From Octopus vulgaris (taxonomy: Eukaryota): a stretch of 64,000 nt of DNA. The notes beneath the pieces are model-generated. The model saw only the letters and a list, made by a program, of their open reading frames with translations. It made no database searches and was not told the DNA's origin. Shown here in pieces: positions 42,209 to 55,217 of the stretch. Position 1 is the stretch's first letter. Each line of letters starts with the position of its first letter. The DNA lies in assembly GCA_951406725.2 (NCBI GenBank), contig OX597816.1:23622001-23686000 (forward strand), written 5' to 3'. The position numbers and the translations under genes were made by a program.

Positions 42209-42300
42209 TTTTATTCTGTTATTCTTTTACTTGTTTCAGTTATTTAACTGCGGCCATGCTGAAGCACCAACTTGAAAGGCTTTAGTCGAACAAACCATCC

Positions 42301-42351
<51 letters not shown>

Positions 42352-43556
42352 CAAACTGGGACAAGAACGTGAAACATTTAGAAGACGATACAAAAAACAC
42401 GGACGGGACATTCGAAGCCTTCAATCTTCAGTCAAGAACCGGATCATCTTCGCAATTTCGGCTGATTAATCTTGAGATTGCTCCGATCTGGCCAGCCAAG
42501 CGCATTAGATTCCTTGGAAGAAAGCCTCGAATGTATACAAGACAAGGACGGAAAAACGGACGATGTTACACGAGTAAAAATACAATATATATATACTCTT
42601 TTACTCTTTTGGTTGTTTCAGTCACTTGACTGCGGCCACGCTGGAGCACCGCCTTTTAGTCGAGCAAATCGACCCCAGGAATAGCGACGAACGGATATTG
42701 ACTAACAAACAAGCGATTGATCGTCAAGGTCGTCTAGCAGTGGGTTGTGCGATGGACTCCAGTACCTGCGTAGATCGTAAATACTACTCAGGTCACAATT
42801 TGCAAATGTCCTTGATCTGACATTGCCTCAGGAGTGTATTGCGTATTCGCAATAACCCTACAGATATGCCCAAGCTGGAGCCGCCAGCGAGCGAAACTAT
42901 CCGAGATGAGCATTGTATGACAAAACCGTCTAGCAGTCATTCATCCAGTGTTTGTGCAACGCTGATATGTGGAGTTATTATGAACAGCTGTTACCATATG
43001 TGGTATCATGTGGGACGGTCTGGCTATCAGTCGAGACTACTGGGAATATCAAGCTAACAACTTCGTTCGACAAACAAGAGTGCCTCGTCTTCCTCTATCT
43101 TCAGCAGGGTTTTATTTCTATTTTTCATTCTCTGAAAATTCATTCACTAACTTGAAGTGGAAGGCAAAGGTAGAGTCTACAAATTTCCAGTAAATACTAT
43201 AAAAGATAAACGAGAGTGGAGAAATAAGCATTCACTATCACTATTTATACGATTGTAGATAGAAGAAAAGCATTTATCTTTGATGTGTCTGTGTAATCCA
43301 GTATTTGTAGGGGATGATCCAAATCCCGTTAAGTGGTTCTCCTTCATTTAGGGATTCGTTTCTTGTTCCTATATTGGTCTCTGCTCTAGTATGTTATTTA
43401 TTATTATCTATATATTCGTGTTTATTTACTGTTATTGCTAATCGACCGAAGTTACTCTGGGTGAACCTCTTCACAGTTTTCTTGCTCATTGTTTAGCTAT
43501 ATAATATCGGCTTCGTACTGACTCCGACAGCTTGAAATATTAAAAAAAATAAATAA

Positions 43557-44052
43557 ATGCGCCCTTTTAAAGCCTAGCCAGGCTCGTGGGCCCGGTTTCC
43601 CGGTTTCAATGACGTATATGTTCCCCAGCTGAACGGGACGCCAGTCCATCGCAGCGTTACTCATTTTTGCTAGCTGAGTAGACTGGAGCAACGTGAAATG
43701 AAGTGTTTTGCTCAAGAACACAACGCGTCGCCCGGTCAAAGAATCGAAACCACAATCTTACGATCATGATGCAGACACGCTAACCACTAAACCACGCGCC
43801 TCCACATGCCCTTTTTCAAAGCCTAGCCAGGCTCATGGGCCCGGTTTCCCGGTTTCTATGGCGTATGTTTCCCAGCTGAACGGGACGCCAGTCCATCGCA
43901 GCGTTACTCATTTTTGCTAGCTGAGTAGACTGAAGCAACGTGAAATGAAGTGTTTTGCTCAAGAACACAACGTGTCGCCCGGTCCAAGAATCGAAACCAC
44001 AATCTTACGATCATGATGCTGACACCCTAACCACTAAGCCACGCGCCTCCAC
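43557..44052 (-). mobile_element. Head-to-tail dimer of SINE family 3
   Basis: Two ~247-bp units with head GGAGGCGCGTGGCTTAGTGG; a single TSD CTTGAAATATTA at 43531 and 44053. Confidence 0.9.
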
Positions 44053-44349
44053 CTTGAAATATTATGACCAATAAAAATTATTATTTTTCGTTATCGTTAT
44101 CATAATTGTGATTTTTATCCTTATATTTAAAGCGGCCACTGACAGAATCGTTAAAGCTTCAAAGTGCCTAGTAGTGTTTCTTCTAATTCCATATGCTCTA
44201 AGTTCAAATTCCGCTAAGTGCAGTCGTTATCTTTCATCATTTCGGGGTCGACAAAATAAATACCAATCAAGTACTTGGAACGTTGTAATCTACAATTCTC
44301 CAAACAATTTCAGGCCTTGTGCCAAAATATGAAATTGTTGTTGTTGTTG

Positions 44350-44880
44350 AGTGATAGAACAGCGCATGCCACCAAAGTGACGCTGGGTTACAAATATATG
44401 AAGCCCAGTATACCCGTCAGATAAGGGTACATCAGGCTCATGCATCATAACCATATGTGCGCAACATGGTGAACTTTAATTAAGATAAACAGCACATGAC
44501 ATTGCAGTTGAGGGCCCAGTTAGAATTTTATTCCGGACGAGCAGCCCATCTTGCTCAAAAGGTCCCTGAATAAGGGTTGTTTAAGGATACTGAACGAAAC
44601 ACCCATGTTTCCAGAGGTGAATTATTCAAACCTCAAAGAATACCTCTCAACACACGGCTATGATGCTCTCCAACTTATTATACTCGTGATCAGAGATGCA
44701 CATATCGTCAGCCACTAAGGGACATGCTCAACTGATTAAGGTCAAACAACTGACAAACAAATCTGTGGTATTGAGCAGAATATTTGCTGTAGCCCATCTT
44801 TTATACCAAAACAAAACATGTACATGATAACAAACACTTCCAATCAGTTAAAATCAGAAGCCATGAGAGCCACTGCCTAT
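44350..44880 (-). repeat. Unclassified complex segment between trinucleotide tracts, probably an interspersed repeat
   Basis: Single copy here, bounded by (TTG)n and (TAT)n. The minus strand has ATTGG about 35 bp before TATAAAAG. Family identity is from recall only. Confidence 0.3.
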
Positions 44881-44922
44881 TATTATTATTACTTCTACTA
44901 CTACTACTACTACTACTACTAC

Positions 44923-44989
<67 letters not shown>

Positions 44990-45134
44990 TACTATTACTA
45001 CCATTATTAAGATGGTGAGTTGGTAGATTCATTAGAAAATCGGACAAAATGCTTTGTTGTATTTGTCTCACTTTTTAAGTTTTGAATTCAAATCCTGCTG
45101 AGGTCAATATCTCACTTATGTTAATGAAAATAAA

Positions 45135-45415
45135 AGGTTCTCCGTCGGTTACGACAGCGAGTTTTGCAGTTGATCCGATCAAAAGAGCAGCTTGCTCGTG
45201 GAATTAACGTGCAAGTGGTAGGGCACTCAACAGATATGCGCATCCTTAACGCGGGTCCTTTGAATTACACGTACAACTCATTTTTGCCAGCTGAGTGGAC
45301 TGAAGCAATGTGATATATGGTGGCTTGCTCAAGGACTCAACGCGTCGCCGGGAATCGAACTCACAGCCTAAAGATCATGAGCCGAGTACCCTTGATCACT
45401 AAGCCACGCACCTTC
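45135..45415 (-). mobile_element. SINE with family 3-like head and Nin/Deu-like tail
   Basis: Head GTGGCTTAGTG..GTTCGATTCCC; the tail is shared with 27600-27720. Confidence 0.7.
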
Positions 45416-45589
45416 ATTTCAATAAAACAGAGTACCATTCAATTATTGGGATCGATGGAATCGGCTTACCTTCTCCCGTTAAATTTTCTGGCCTGAATCA
45501 GAAGACACTCCTCTTTATACTTTTGACTTTAAACGTCGTCCGGGGCAGTTTTTGTCTTTCATCCCTTCAGGAACGAGAAAATGAAGAAC

Positions 45590-45960
45590 CAGGGAATTTC
45601 AACCGTGTTTCGTGGTCTGCTACCACAACAGCTCCTTTATAGAATCCAGTTAGCTCAAGACATCATCAGGAGGAACCATGTCCGGTTTCGGCCCCTACTC
45701 CTCTATCATTTTGACGTGGCGCCCCCCTCCCCTTTCGGAGGTGTCTTCAGCTCTGATGTTGGGTGCATGTCTTCTTTCTTCTGGCCTCTTCGATGTAGCG
45801 TCAACGAGTATCAGAGGGCGACTAACTGACTTGTCAAATGTTTCCCTTTAAATACCTGCTGCAAGTCTCCAGCAGGCAGCCCCAGCAAGTTTTCACGTGA
45901 CACTGTCTCAACTTCAACAGACCAATGAAGGCGCGTAAGTCTTAGCCCACGCATTCTCTA
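45590..45960 (-). mobile_element. Solo copy of a putative PLE terminal repeat
   Basis: 45590-45861 is homologous to 48220-48500. The minus strand has TATTTAAAGG, with nearby CCAAT and CACGTG motifs. Confidence 0.6.
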
Positions 45961-46559
45961 AACGACCGTCACCTGTCAGTCAGCGAAGCTAATTCAGTAT
46001 CAGCTTGTCTCACTGGTGAATAATACTCTTGACTAACTCACTGCTCTCATCTCAAAATCATTTGGCTTTACATCTACATAAGAAACAGTAGCTGTGATAG
46101 TGATGATGATGGCGATACTAGTAGTAGTAGTTGTAGTAGTAGCAGCAGCAGCCATCTTTCGACCTTGCCTTCCAGTCTTCTGTCAATTTTCCTACTTCAT
46201 TTATTCCTAATTACGTTAGTTTCTATTATAATTTTTACCCTTTTAGCCATTATTTTTATTATATATTTCTCTGTTTTATGAACTCCGCTCTCAACACCAT
46301 GTCAATCTCTGATATTTTTATTTAATGTTTATCGTATTATCTATCAATTTATCTATCATATATTTATCTCATTAAGTTTATATAAATATTAATAATTTTT
46401 ATTCAGTTTTACCTTTTATTTATAATATATTTTTTTTTTTATCTTCATCATCATTTTACGAAATATATTTCCATCTTGTACTATCTACGTTTTCTCGCTG
46501 CCTACATTAATGAGCACTCCTCCAAAAATATTCATATAATGAACGAAGTTACGAATTTA

Positions 46560-47127
46560 TTGGGTTGTCCGGAGAAAGTTCGTGCCGATTTTTAAAGGAA
46601 AGAAAAAGGTCAATAAATACTTGCCATTACATTTTTAATCAACCAAATATGAACCGTTTTGTTGCACAATGCGTCTCTATCTTTCCTTTAACTTGAAAAT
46701 ACCCTCTTCCAAGATTTGAGGTGGTTTCATAGCAAAGAATTCATCAAGGTATCTTTTTAAGTCATCCAAAGAATTGAAATTTTTACCATTAAGACTATTC
46801 TGCAGAGACCTAAATAAGTGGAAATCCGAAGGAGCAGTATCTGGTGAATATGGAGGGTGGGATAACACATCCCAGTCGAGCTGCAACAATTTTTATCGGG
46901 TTCCCAAAGTATCAAGTGCCGAAAATGAACTTTCTTATCTTCCATTTTAAAGGGTTACGGAATTAACACAGGTTATAGGAACATAAACCTTCTTCCACGA
47001 AAAGATAACTTAAACTGTGCTCTAAATGGAGGTGTAGTCAAATCCTATTTTATGGACTCAGCCATGTTCTAAAATAAGTCGAAAGGTAAGCTACTATAAA
47101 TCGGCACGAACTTTCCGGACAACCCAA
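46560..47127 (-). mobile_element. Internally deleted mariner transposon
   Basis: TIRs TTGGGTTGTCCGGA..AAGTTCGTGCCGATTT at both ends with TA duplications; MEDKKVHFRHLILWE is joined to WDVLSHPPYSPDTAPSDFHLFRSLQNSL. Confidence 0.95.
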
Positions 47128-47329
47128 TATTTTTCCAACCCTCAAACAGGACTCCTTGCTTATTTAATACATCTTTTATCATTAGGTTACGGCCAATTCC
47201 TTGAAGAATTTTTAGTCAATTCATTCGTTTCCAGTACTTAATTTTTTAAGCTTTGTACTTTTCTATTGGTCCTTTTCGCAGGGTCGCTAAGTTACGATAT
47301 CATAAACACACACTTGACACACACACACG

Positions 47330-47416
<87 letters not shown>

Positions 47417-47419
47417 TAA

Positions 47420-47665
47420 ATGCGCCCTTTTAAAGCCTAGCCAGGCTCATGTGCCCGTCCCGATTTCTATGGTGTATGTGCTCCCCAGCTGGACAGAACG
47501 CCAGTCCATGGCAGCGTTACTCATTTTTGCCAGCTGAGTGGACTGGAGCAACGTGAAATGAAGTGTTTTGCTCAAGAACACAATGCGTCACCCGGTCCAG
47601 GAATCGAAACCACAATCTTACGATTATGGTGCTGACACCCTAACCACTAAGCCACGCGCCTCCAC
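47420..47665 (-). mobile_element. SINE family 3
   Basis: Homology to 43807-44052. Confidence 0.9.
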
Positions 47666-47698
47666 ACACACAAAAACACACACACACACACACATATA

Positions 47699-47732
<34 letters not shown>

Positions 47733-48189
47733 GTTTACACACACACACACAAATACATTTACCTGGAGCATAGAAATACTGAATACTAAGAGAATACATA
47801 ATTTCTGAAGTTGACAGCTGCTTCAGGAAGGTTGGAGTTACGCAATAATTGTAATATCCATAATTTGCAAATGGAATATGCAAAATATTTTGAGTATGCA
47901 ACCAGTAAACAGTTACACGAGGATATAATAGTAAGTCTGCCTTCCCACATCAAAAGAAACTTGACAAAAGCAGTTGATATAGTAGTGCCAGGGATTTAAA
48001 GGTTGAAGAGAAAGAGGGTGAAGAATGAGAACAAACGGTAGGGTGAGAGAGAGAGAGAGGGAGAGAGAGAAGAAAAATGCAAGGCAGGGAGATGGGGAGG
48101 GTTTCTTTGGCCTATGAAGAATGAATAGATGTACAATAGATGAATCAGAGAGAGAGAGAGAGTGGAGGGGAAGATAAAATTAAGATCAG

Positions 48190-49520
48190 GCGAAAGAGAG
48201 CGCCACTACTGGTCAAGGGAGGAATTTCAACCGTGTTTCGTGGTTTGTTACCACAACAGCTCCTTTATAGGATCCAGTTAGCTCAAGATATTATCAGGAT
48301 GAACCACGTCCGGTTTCGGCCCCTAATCCTCTACCGTTTTGACGTGGCGGGGCCCCCGCTTTCGGAGGTGTCTTCAGCTTTGGTGTTGGGTGCATGTCTT
48401 CTTTCTTCTTTCTTCTGTTCCCTGGCCTCTTCGGTGTAGCGTCAACGAGTGTCAGCCGGCGACTGACTGTCTTGTCAAATTTCCCTTTAAATACCTGCTG
48501 CTCACTAAGCAGACAATAACTCAGTTAGGGATGATAGCTGACCATTCAGAGAGACAGGAAGAGATAAGCAATGAACGAAAGGAATGAGAGTGGGGGTAGC
48601 AGGAGAAGAACATATGTTAAGATAGGAAGAATCATACTAGGAGATGGAGAAAGAAAAAGGTTTTAGCATGACTAAGTAATAAGGCTTGACTACAATTTTT
48701 AGAAATCATAAAGACTTTATGCAAAGGGCGAAAGTGGAATAATATTCGTGTTTACACGAGAAGATTACGTCAGGGAACTTACTGAATAATGAGGCATTAT
48801 TATGGCGAAGGATAGTGAGCGATTTTTCTGAAAATCGGCTTACAAACACGGTGCTTAATGTTGTACGGAGAAGCCCCACAGAATACGGACCGGGATTAGG
48901 TGTAAGGAATATTCTGGGACCTGAGGTATTGTGTGTAGTGTATGTTGCCAGGGAAGTAGAGAGTTTGGCGGCTCCATTTCTGAAGGAATTTAGGCGAGTG
49001 CACTAGTAGCGCTTAATATCAACAACGCCGCCAGTGTAGATTCTAGCCGAGTAGGAAGAAGAGGTTATTACCAGGCATTTATATACATTATGGCGTTATC
49101 AAAAATCACCGAACAGACATAGTTGGGAGAACCAACAATTACAGGTTTTCCCACTAGCTTAGGATGAATCCATATTCCTATATGATTCCTATGAACCTTA
49201 ATCCTCGAGGTAGGACCGGAGGTGTTATCGTTACCAGTATAGGGCAGGGAGAAGGTGTCAATGCTGTCACATGTGCTAGGGTTACTAATACGAGAGGCGA
49301 TGGCACCACGGTTGATGTTATTGAAGTGGATAAGATACCCGAAGCTCACAGTATTAGTATCTGGCGGTTTATGGTGGGGTCCAAGCAGATAGTTCTTAGG
49401 GCTCACAGTAAAGCGGCTAAGTTTGTGCCAATTAGAAGAGGCAATTATAGAACCCATAATTACTACCCCATATTTAATAAATCTCCGATTAATCTATCGT
49501 ATTATATAACACCAAACTAG
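48190..49520 (-). mobile_element. Penelope-like retroelement 3' fragment (Naiad-like linker, GIY-YIG endonuclease pseudogene, terminal repeat)
   Basis: MGSIIASSN..; TCNCWFSQLCLFGDF**RHNVYKCLVITSSSYSARIYTGGVVDIKRY*CTRLNSFRN..STSLATY; ASPYNIKHRVCK; SEKSLTILRHNNASLFSKFPDVIFSCKH. This matches CNC..CP..G.C..VY....YIG..SFR..T.L..Y..PY..C.LC..EK..I..L.K....CRH. Confidence 0.8.
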
Positions 49521-49535
49521 AGATCTATCTGTATG

Positions 49536-49588
<53 letters not shown>

Positions 49589-49706
49589 TAATCAATATAG
49601 GGTAGCAAAAAATTCAATAGAAATTTTTTCGCCACCAGCGGTCTAGTGAGAAAGAGAAAATAGTCAGAGACTATATATATAATTTCATATTTATATATAT
49701 AGTCTA

Positions 49707-49762
<56 letters not shown>

Positions 49763-49784
49763 TATAGATATATGTACGTATGTA

Positions 49785-49990
49785 GTTAGAATTTACAGAA
49801 AACAAAAGACGAAGACAGGTAAGGGAACCACAAGCAGGTGTATTAGTTTGACACTCGGGAAGAACGGAAAAGTTCTTGACGTTTCGAGCCTGCACTCTTC
49901 AACGGGAAGAATAGAGAGGGAGAAAATGGAGAGAGAACGAAAAATAAGAGAAGAGAGAAAAATGTGTAGGGATTAACTCTTCAACACGAT
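49785..49990 (-). mobile_element. H2 repeat with variant hammerhead-like motif (49874-49910)
   Basis: UCUU-C-CCGUUGA-A-GAGU(GCAG)GCUC-GAAA-CG-UC|AAGA; TA-rich tracts on both sides. Confidence 0.65.
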
Positions 49991-50414
49991 ATATATATAT
50001 ATATATTATTTATTTATTTATTTATTTTCATATTTTGTTATTTTATAATAATTACTGGTATCCTTAAATATTATTATATTTTATATCTTATACGTAATGC
50101 TTAATATGATATATGTATGTATATTATTATAATTATCAGTTTAGTAAATAAATAAATAAGCTAACATAATATAATGTCTAAAAGTTGATGAACCACCTAT
50201 TGATCCCCTCCATTTTCTTGTTGCTATATAAATTAATGGTAAAATATCTCTTTACCTTCACTCATTTAGTAAACTAAGTATGTAATTGCAATGCAATAAA
50301 AACACTTGTGTATTAATAATTGGGTATTGTACCAGTAGTATATTGAATAGATATAACCCCTTAGTGGGTTGGATTCACAACCTCTAACTTTCTTGGAGCT
50401 ATATATATATATAA

Positions 50415-50648
50415 AGTTAACCCAAACAAGAAAACACAGAAAAAAAAGAGAAAAAAAGAGAGAAAGAAAGAGAAAAAAACACAGCAACGCAGGACGTGGA
50501 ACAATTAAAGTATTATTGACGCTCAGGAAAGAAGGGAAGGAGGGTTTAACGTTTCGAGCGGAGCTCTTCGTCGGAAACAAGGAGAAGGAAAGATCCCAAG
50601 GAGGGAAGACAGAGGAGAAAATATTTGAGCTGGTGGTGCTCAAGAGAT

Positions 50649-50650
<2 letters not shown>
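50415..50650 (-). mobile_element. H1 repeat with hammerhead motif (50544-50578)
   Basis: GUUU-CCGACGA-A-GAGC(UCC)GCUC-GAAA-CG-UU|AAAC; stems I and II are perfect, with U4 changed to C. Confidence 0.8.
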
Positions 50651-50704
<54 letters not shown>

Positions 50705-50905
50705 TATACATATATATATATATACACAAAATTTATATAAGTAGGTAAGTAGGTAGGTAGATAGGTAGGTAGGTAGGTAGGTAGGTAGGTAGGTAGGTAG
50801 GTAGGTAGGTAGGTAAGTAAGTAGGTAGGTAGGTACATAGGTACGTACATAAGAGTGTAGTAGTACGTTGGTAGATGGATAAGTTGGTAGACAGATAGAC
50901 AGCTA

Positions 50906-50987
<82 letters not shown>

Positions 50988-51230
50988 AAGATGAAAATGT
51001 AAGAAACTATATCATCTGCCATTAGCTGTTCCGGTAACGATGTATAAACTTCTAAGAGATTTTACTCTGACTATTTACTCGGCATCAAATGAAAAGACGA
51101 GAGCGATTCGTAGATTTATTATAGATAGTTAAAATAACCTTTCAAAGCTTTGACCACACTCACGTTATAAGGTTGGTATGCTGAAAATGAAAACAGCTTT
51201 CTATTCTTTATATATATGTATGTATGTATG

Positions 51231-51316
<86 letters not shown>

Positions 51317-51342
51317 TATGTATATACATATATATATGTATG

Positions 51343-51380
<38 letters not shown>

Positions 51381-51416
51381 TATATATGCGTATATATATG
51401 TATGTGTATCTATCAA

Positions 51417-51477
<61 letters not shown>

Positions 51478-51512
51478 GTATGTATATATATATATATATA
51501 TATTTATGTATG

Positions 51513-51545
<33 letters not shown>

Positions 51546-52054
51546 ATATGTATGTATATATACGAATTTTCGTTCACCTTTGTAAACATACTCTGTTCGT
51601 CAGTTAACTTTTAACAATGACATCTAAAGTTGCCATTACAATATGTAGAAGTGGGTGAGTGTGGCTGGGCATGGGGTGGGGCATACAATTGCGTACGTGA
51701 ATGTGTGTGTGTGTATGAGTGCGTATATGTGTGTTCGTATATTAGTATTTGTGTTTGAGACATATAAATATTATGAAAGAGAAAGAAACGGGGGTACGTG
51801 TGTATATATATGTGTGTTTGCACACGCGCGTGTGTCCGTGTGTGTGTGTATGTGTTTGAGCGTGAGACTGTCTATCTTTTAAACGGTGAATATTCATAAA
51901 CATTTATTCAAAAGTGAAAATTGTGACAAACACATTTTCGGCCATCATGTTTACATAACCTTACATTTATATATATACCTAGGTGTGTGTATGTATGCGT
52001 GTAAAGGTGTATGTCGTGTTTGGTGCGTATGTATATATAAACGAAGCTCTTTGT

Positions 52055-52110
<56 letters not shown>

Positions 52111-52126
52111 GTGTGAGTGTGTGTGT

Positions 52127-52197
<71 letters not shown>

Positions 52198-52528
52198 AAG
52201 GAATATGAATATATCACGAAGAATAAAAAAAATGATAAGAGAAACAAATAACAACAGAAAAACGTTATGTTTTCACACTCGATGTTACTGAACTGAATCT
52301 CTGGGTAGGAGAGAGTTAATGGCTGTAACGTTCGTACGTTTTCCACCTTTGTATAGCTGGAGAAAGAAAAAAAAAACCTGGAGAAAGTGAGGAATGAAAC
52401 GGAAGAAAGTAGTGGAGAAATAGTTAAAAGGACAATCTTGGTGAAAGGTCCCACGTGGATCTGGTTCATATTTTGGCTGCTGATTGCTATACACGCATAC
52501 AAATATATAGGTATACATGTATGTATAT

Positions 52529-52952
52529 AAGGCAGCGAGCTGGCAGAAACGTTAGCACGCCGGGCGAAATGCGTAGCCATATTTCGTCTGCCGTTACGTT
52601 GTAGGTTAAAATTCCTCCGGGGTCGACTTTGCCTTTCATCCTTTCGGGGTCGATAAATTAAGTACCAGTTACGCACTGGGATCGATATAATCGACTTAAT
52701 CCGTTTGTCTGTCCTTGTTTGTCCTCTCCTCTCTGTGTGTAGCCCCTTGTGGGTAGTAAAGAAATAGGTATTTCATCTGCCGTTACGTTCTGAGTTCAAA
52801 TTCCGCCGAGGTCGACTTTGCCTTTCATCCTTTTGGGGTTGATAGATTAAGTACCAGTTACGCACTAAGGTCGATGTAATCGACTTAATACCTTCGTCTG
52901 TCCTTGTTTATCCCCTCTATGTTTAGCTCCTTGTAGTTAATAAAGAAATAGG
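52529..52952 (+). mobile_element. SINE family 2, head plus two body units
   Basis: TSD ATAGGTATACATGTATGTATAT on both flanks. Confidence 0.9.
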
Positions 52953-53680
52953 TATACATGTATGTATATGTGTGCGTGTGTGTATTTATATATCTCTACT
53001 TACAGTCTTTGCACTTGTCTTTTATTTTTTTCATTACCTCCCTGTTCTTTATAGTTACTGTATACTCTAGGAATGGTGCAAATGCTTAAGAATATGTACC
53101 TGTATTTGCCCTCTTGGATATCAAAAAGCACGACCTCGAATATCTGTCCTTCATTTGTTTATTCTCTACAGCACGCGCCACTTACGCTGTTGTTGATAAC
53201 GTGCATAACGGAAATTTATCGAACATTTAACACAATTCCTTGTATTTATTCGCTAAACACTGAAGAAGTGGATTTATAGTTATATTCTATTTCAACAAGC
53301 AATTATGTAATCCTGGCTGTAATCTGCCGAAAAGTGTGTATGTTTTAAAAAACATAAAGTACTATATGTTTTCTGTATTCTATTCATATTTTTACGTGGC
53401 TCATATTCCGCACACTAACGTATCCCGTTGTTTGATGCCCGCGTCGTACAGCAGAAGATATTAAGCGTAGAGTATCGGAGCTAGTACAGAGCCCACTCTT
53501 GTGTCATGTGAAGCGTTTCACAGTACATATGTATTCTACCCATACATACATGTTTTATGATGTATAAACAGATGACTGCCGTCTCCTTCTTTATCTTCCT
53601 TGTCAATGGAATTTCTGACTTTCCAACCATGACCTCTCAGATGACTATTCAGTCCTTTTGCAGATCTGCATAGTTTAAAG

Positions 53681-54506
53681 CAGCGCTTCTTAAACTATGG
53701 GTCGCGACCCGAAATGGGGTCATGAAGCGAAATGCTGGAGCCGCGAAAATTAAATTCAAACACTTGAATTTCATTTTATATGTTATTTCACAAACGCACA
53801 ATATTTAACGTGATGCGCCACGTGCCTATGTGAAACGACTTTCTCTGCTTTAACTCTTATTAAAAGCAAATATCGTTCAACGCTGAAAAACGTAGATGCT
53901 TTACGTCCAGCCGTGTCAAATATTACACCAAGGTTTAATTTGTTATGCGGCAAAAAACAAGTACATCAGTCACATTGATTTTTACTTTGGTTTATATTTT
54001 TTCTTGTTGTTTGTTCCTTCTCGAGCCACGCCTGGTTCATAGTTCGATTTCCCGGTTACGTTGGTGTATAGGTTCCCAACCTGAACAGGACACCGGTTCG
54101 TAGCAGGTGAGCTGCAAAATGCAGGAGGAAAGAGTGAGAGAAAATTGTGGCGAAAAATCCAGCAGAAATTCGACATTACCTTCTGCCGGAGCCGCGTGGA
54201 CCTTAAATGTTTCGTTCATAAACGCACACATCGCCCGGTCTCAGATTCGAACCCGCGATGCCTCGACCACGAGTCCGCTGCTCTAACCACTAGGCCATGT
54301 GCCTCCACTATATTTTTCCTTACTAAAACTACTTTTCTTTTGACAAACAATATAACTACTTTTTTTTTCATATGTATACTGTTCAGCAAAAAAATAAATG
54401 ATTTATGTATTTATTTGTATGTTTAATTTCATATTTAATACCTGGGCTCGGTAAAATCTCATGATGAAAAATGAGGTCATGAATGAAAAACATTTAAGAA
54501 GCGCTG
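53681..54506 (+). mobile_element. hAT (Charlie/Buster-like) deletion derivative with nested SINE (54003-54308)
   Basis: TIR CAGCGCTTCTTAAA/TTTAAGAAGCGCTG, perfect 8-bp TSD GTTTAAAG, transposase C-terminus TCLCETTFSALTLIKSKYRSTLKNVDALRPAVSNITPRFNLLCGKKQVHQSH*. Confidence 0.95.
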
Positions 54507-55142
54507 GTTTAAAGCATAGGTAACAGTCAAAAGCTATTACTATAGACTTTTAGGTCTGCACACGTCACCACTCTGATATCGCCATAGGACTTTCAGTTGA
54601 TGAGATGACAAATGAGGACACTATAAAGAGATATCTATACGTCGTTGGGTTATAGTGATAAACGCTTGTACAACACGAATACCACTCTCTGGGTCTCTGA
54701 GATTAGTACTTAGTGACAGGCCAAAGCAAGAAGGCAAGAAGCCACATGAAACCACAGGTTTTACATCAGAGTGTCCCTCTCCTAGAAGGATGCTAGGGAT
54801 CCCTCACTCTCGGTGGTTTTACTGCACACCCTTCCCCACTTCTTTTTTAAATACACATATATGTATATGTATGTGTATATATGTATGAATATATGAGCAT
54901 AGATACATGTATGCGTGTTTGTGTTTCTCTGCGCGTGTGTGTGTGTATACATATATATACAAAACTTTTATAATTATAAACATAATTATAACTAGAGTTT
55001 AGCAAAATTGCTTCACCAATTACCGAAATTTAGAAATAAAAGTTAAATACTATTCTACTACCATAAGATATCTCCCAGATAGCAATACTTTGAACTCACA
55101 CAGGCAAAGAGAAAAAATAACAAATCCACCCGGGTTTGATCA

Positions 55143-55211
55143 ACTATATACGCGTTTCTGGATTAACGATATGTAAAATTAATCATACATTATTTCCGTC
55201 ATCAGTATAGT
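55143..55211 (-). ncRNA. Type I hammerhead ribozyme (PLE-type)
   Basis: ACUAUA-CUGAUGA-CGGA[extended stem II]UCCA-GAAA-CGCG-UA|UAUAGU. 6-bp stem I, palindromic stem III, GUA triplet, predicted cut between 55149 and 55148; C-A mismatch at the base of stem II. Confidence 0.8.
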
Positions 55212-55217
55212 ATGTCA

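Noticed and set aside
42400-42440. CUGAAGA..GAAG/CUUC-GAAUGUC on the minus strand as a hammerhead
   Set aside because: It lacks GAAA, stem II is marginal and there is no stem I.
42680-43110. Higher-complexity segment as an exon or RTE relic
   Set aside because: Only faint, strand-ambiguous similarity and stops in all frames; it cannot be supported without a search.
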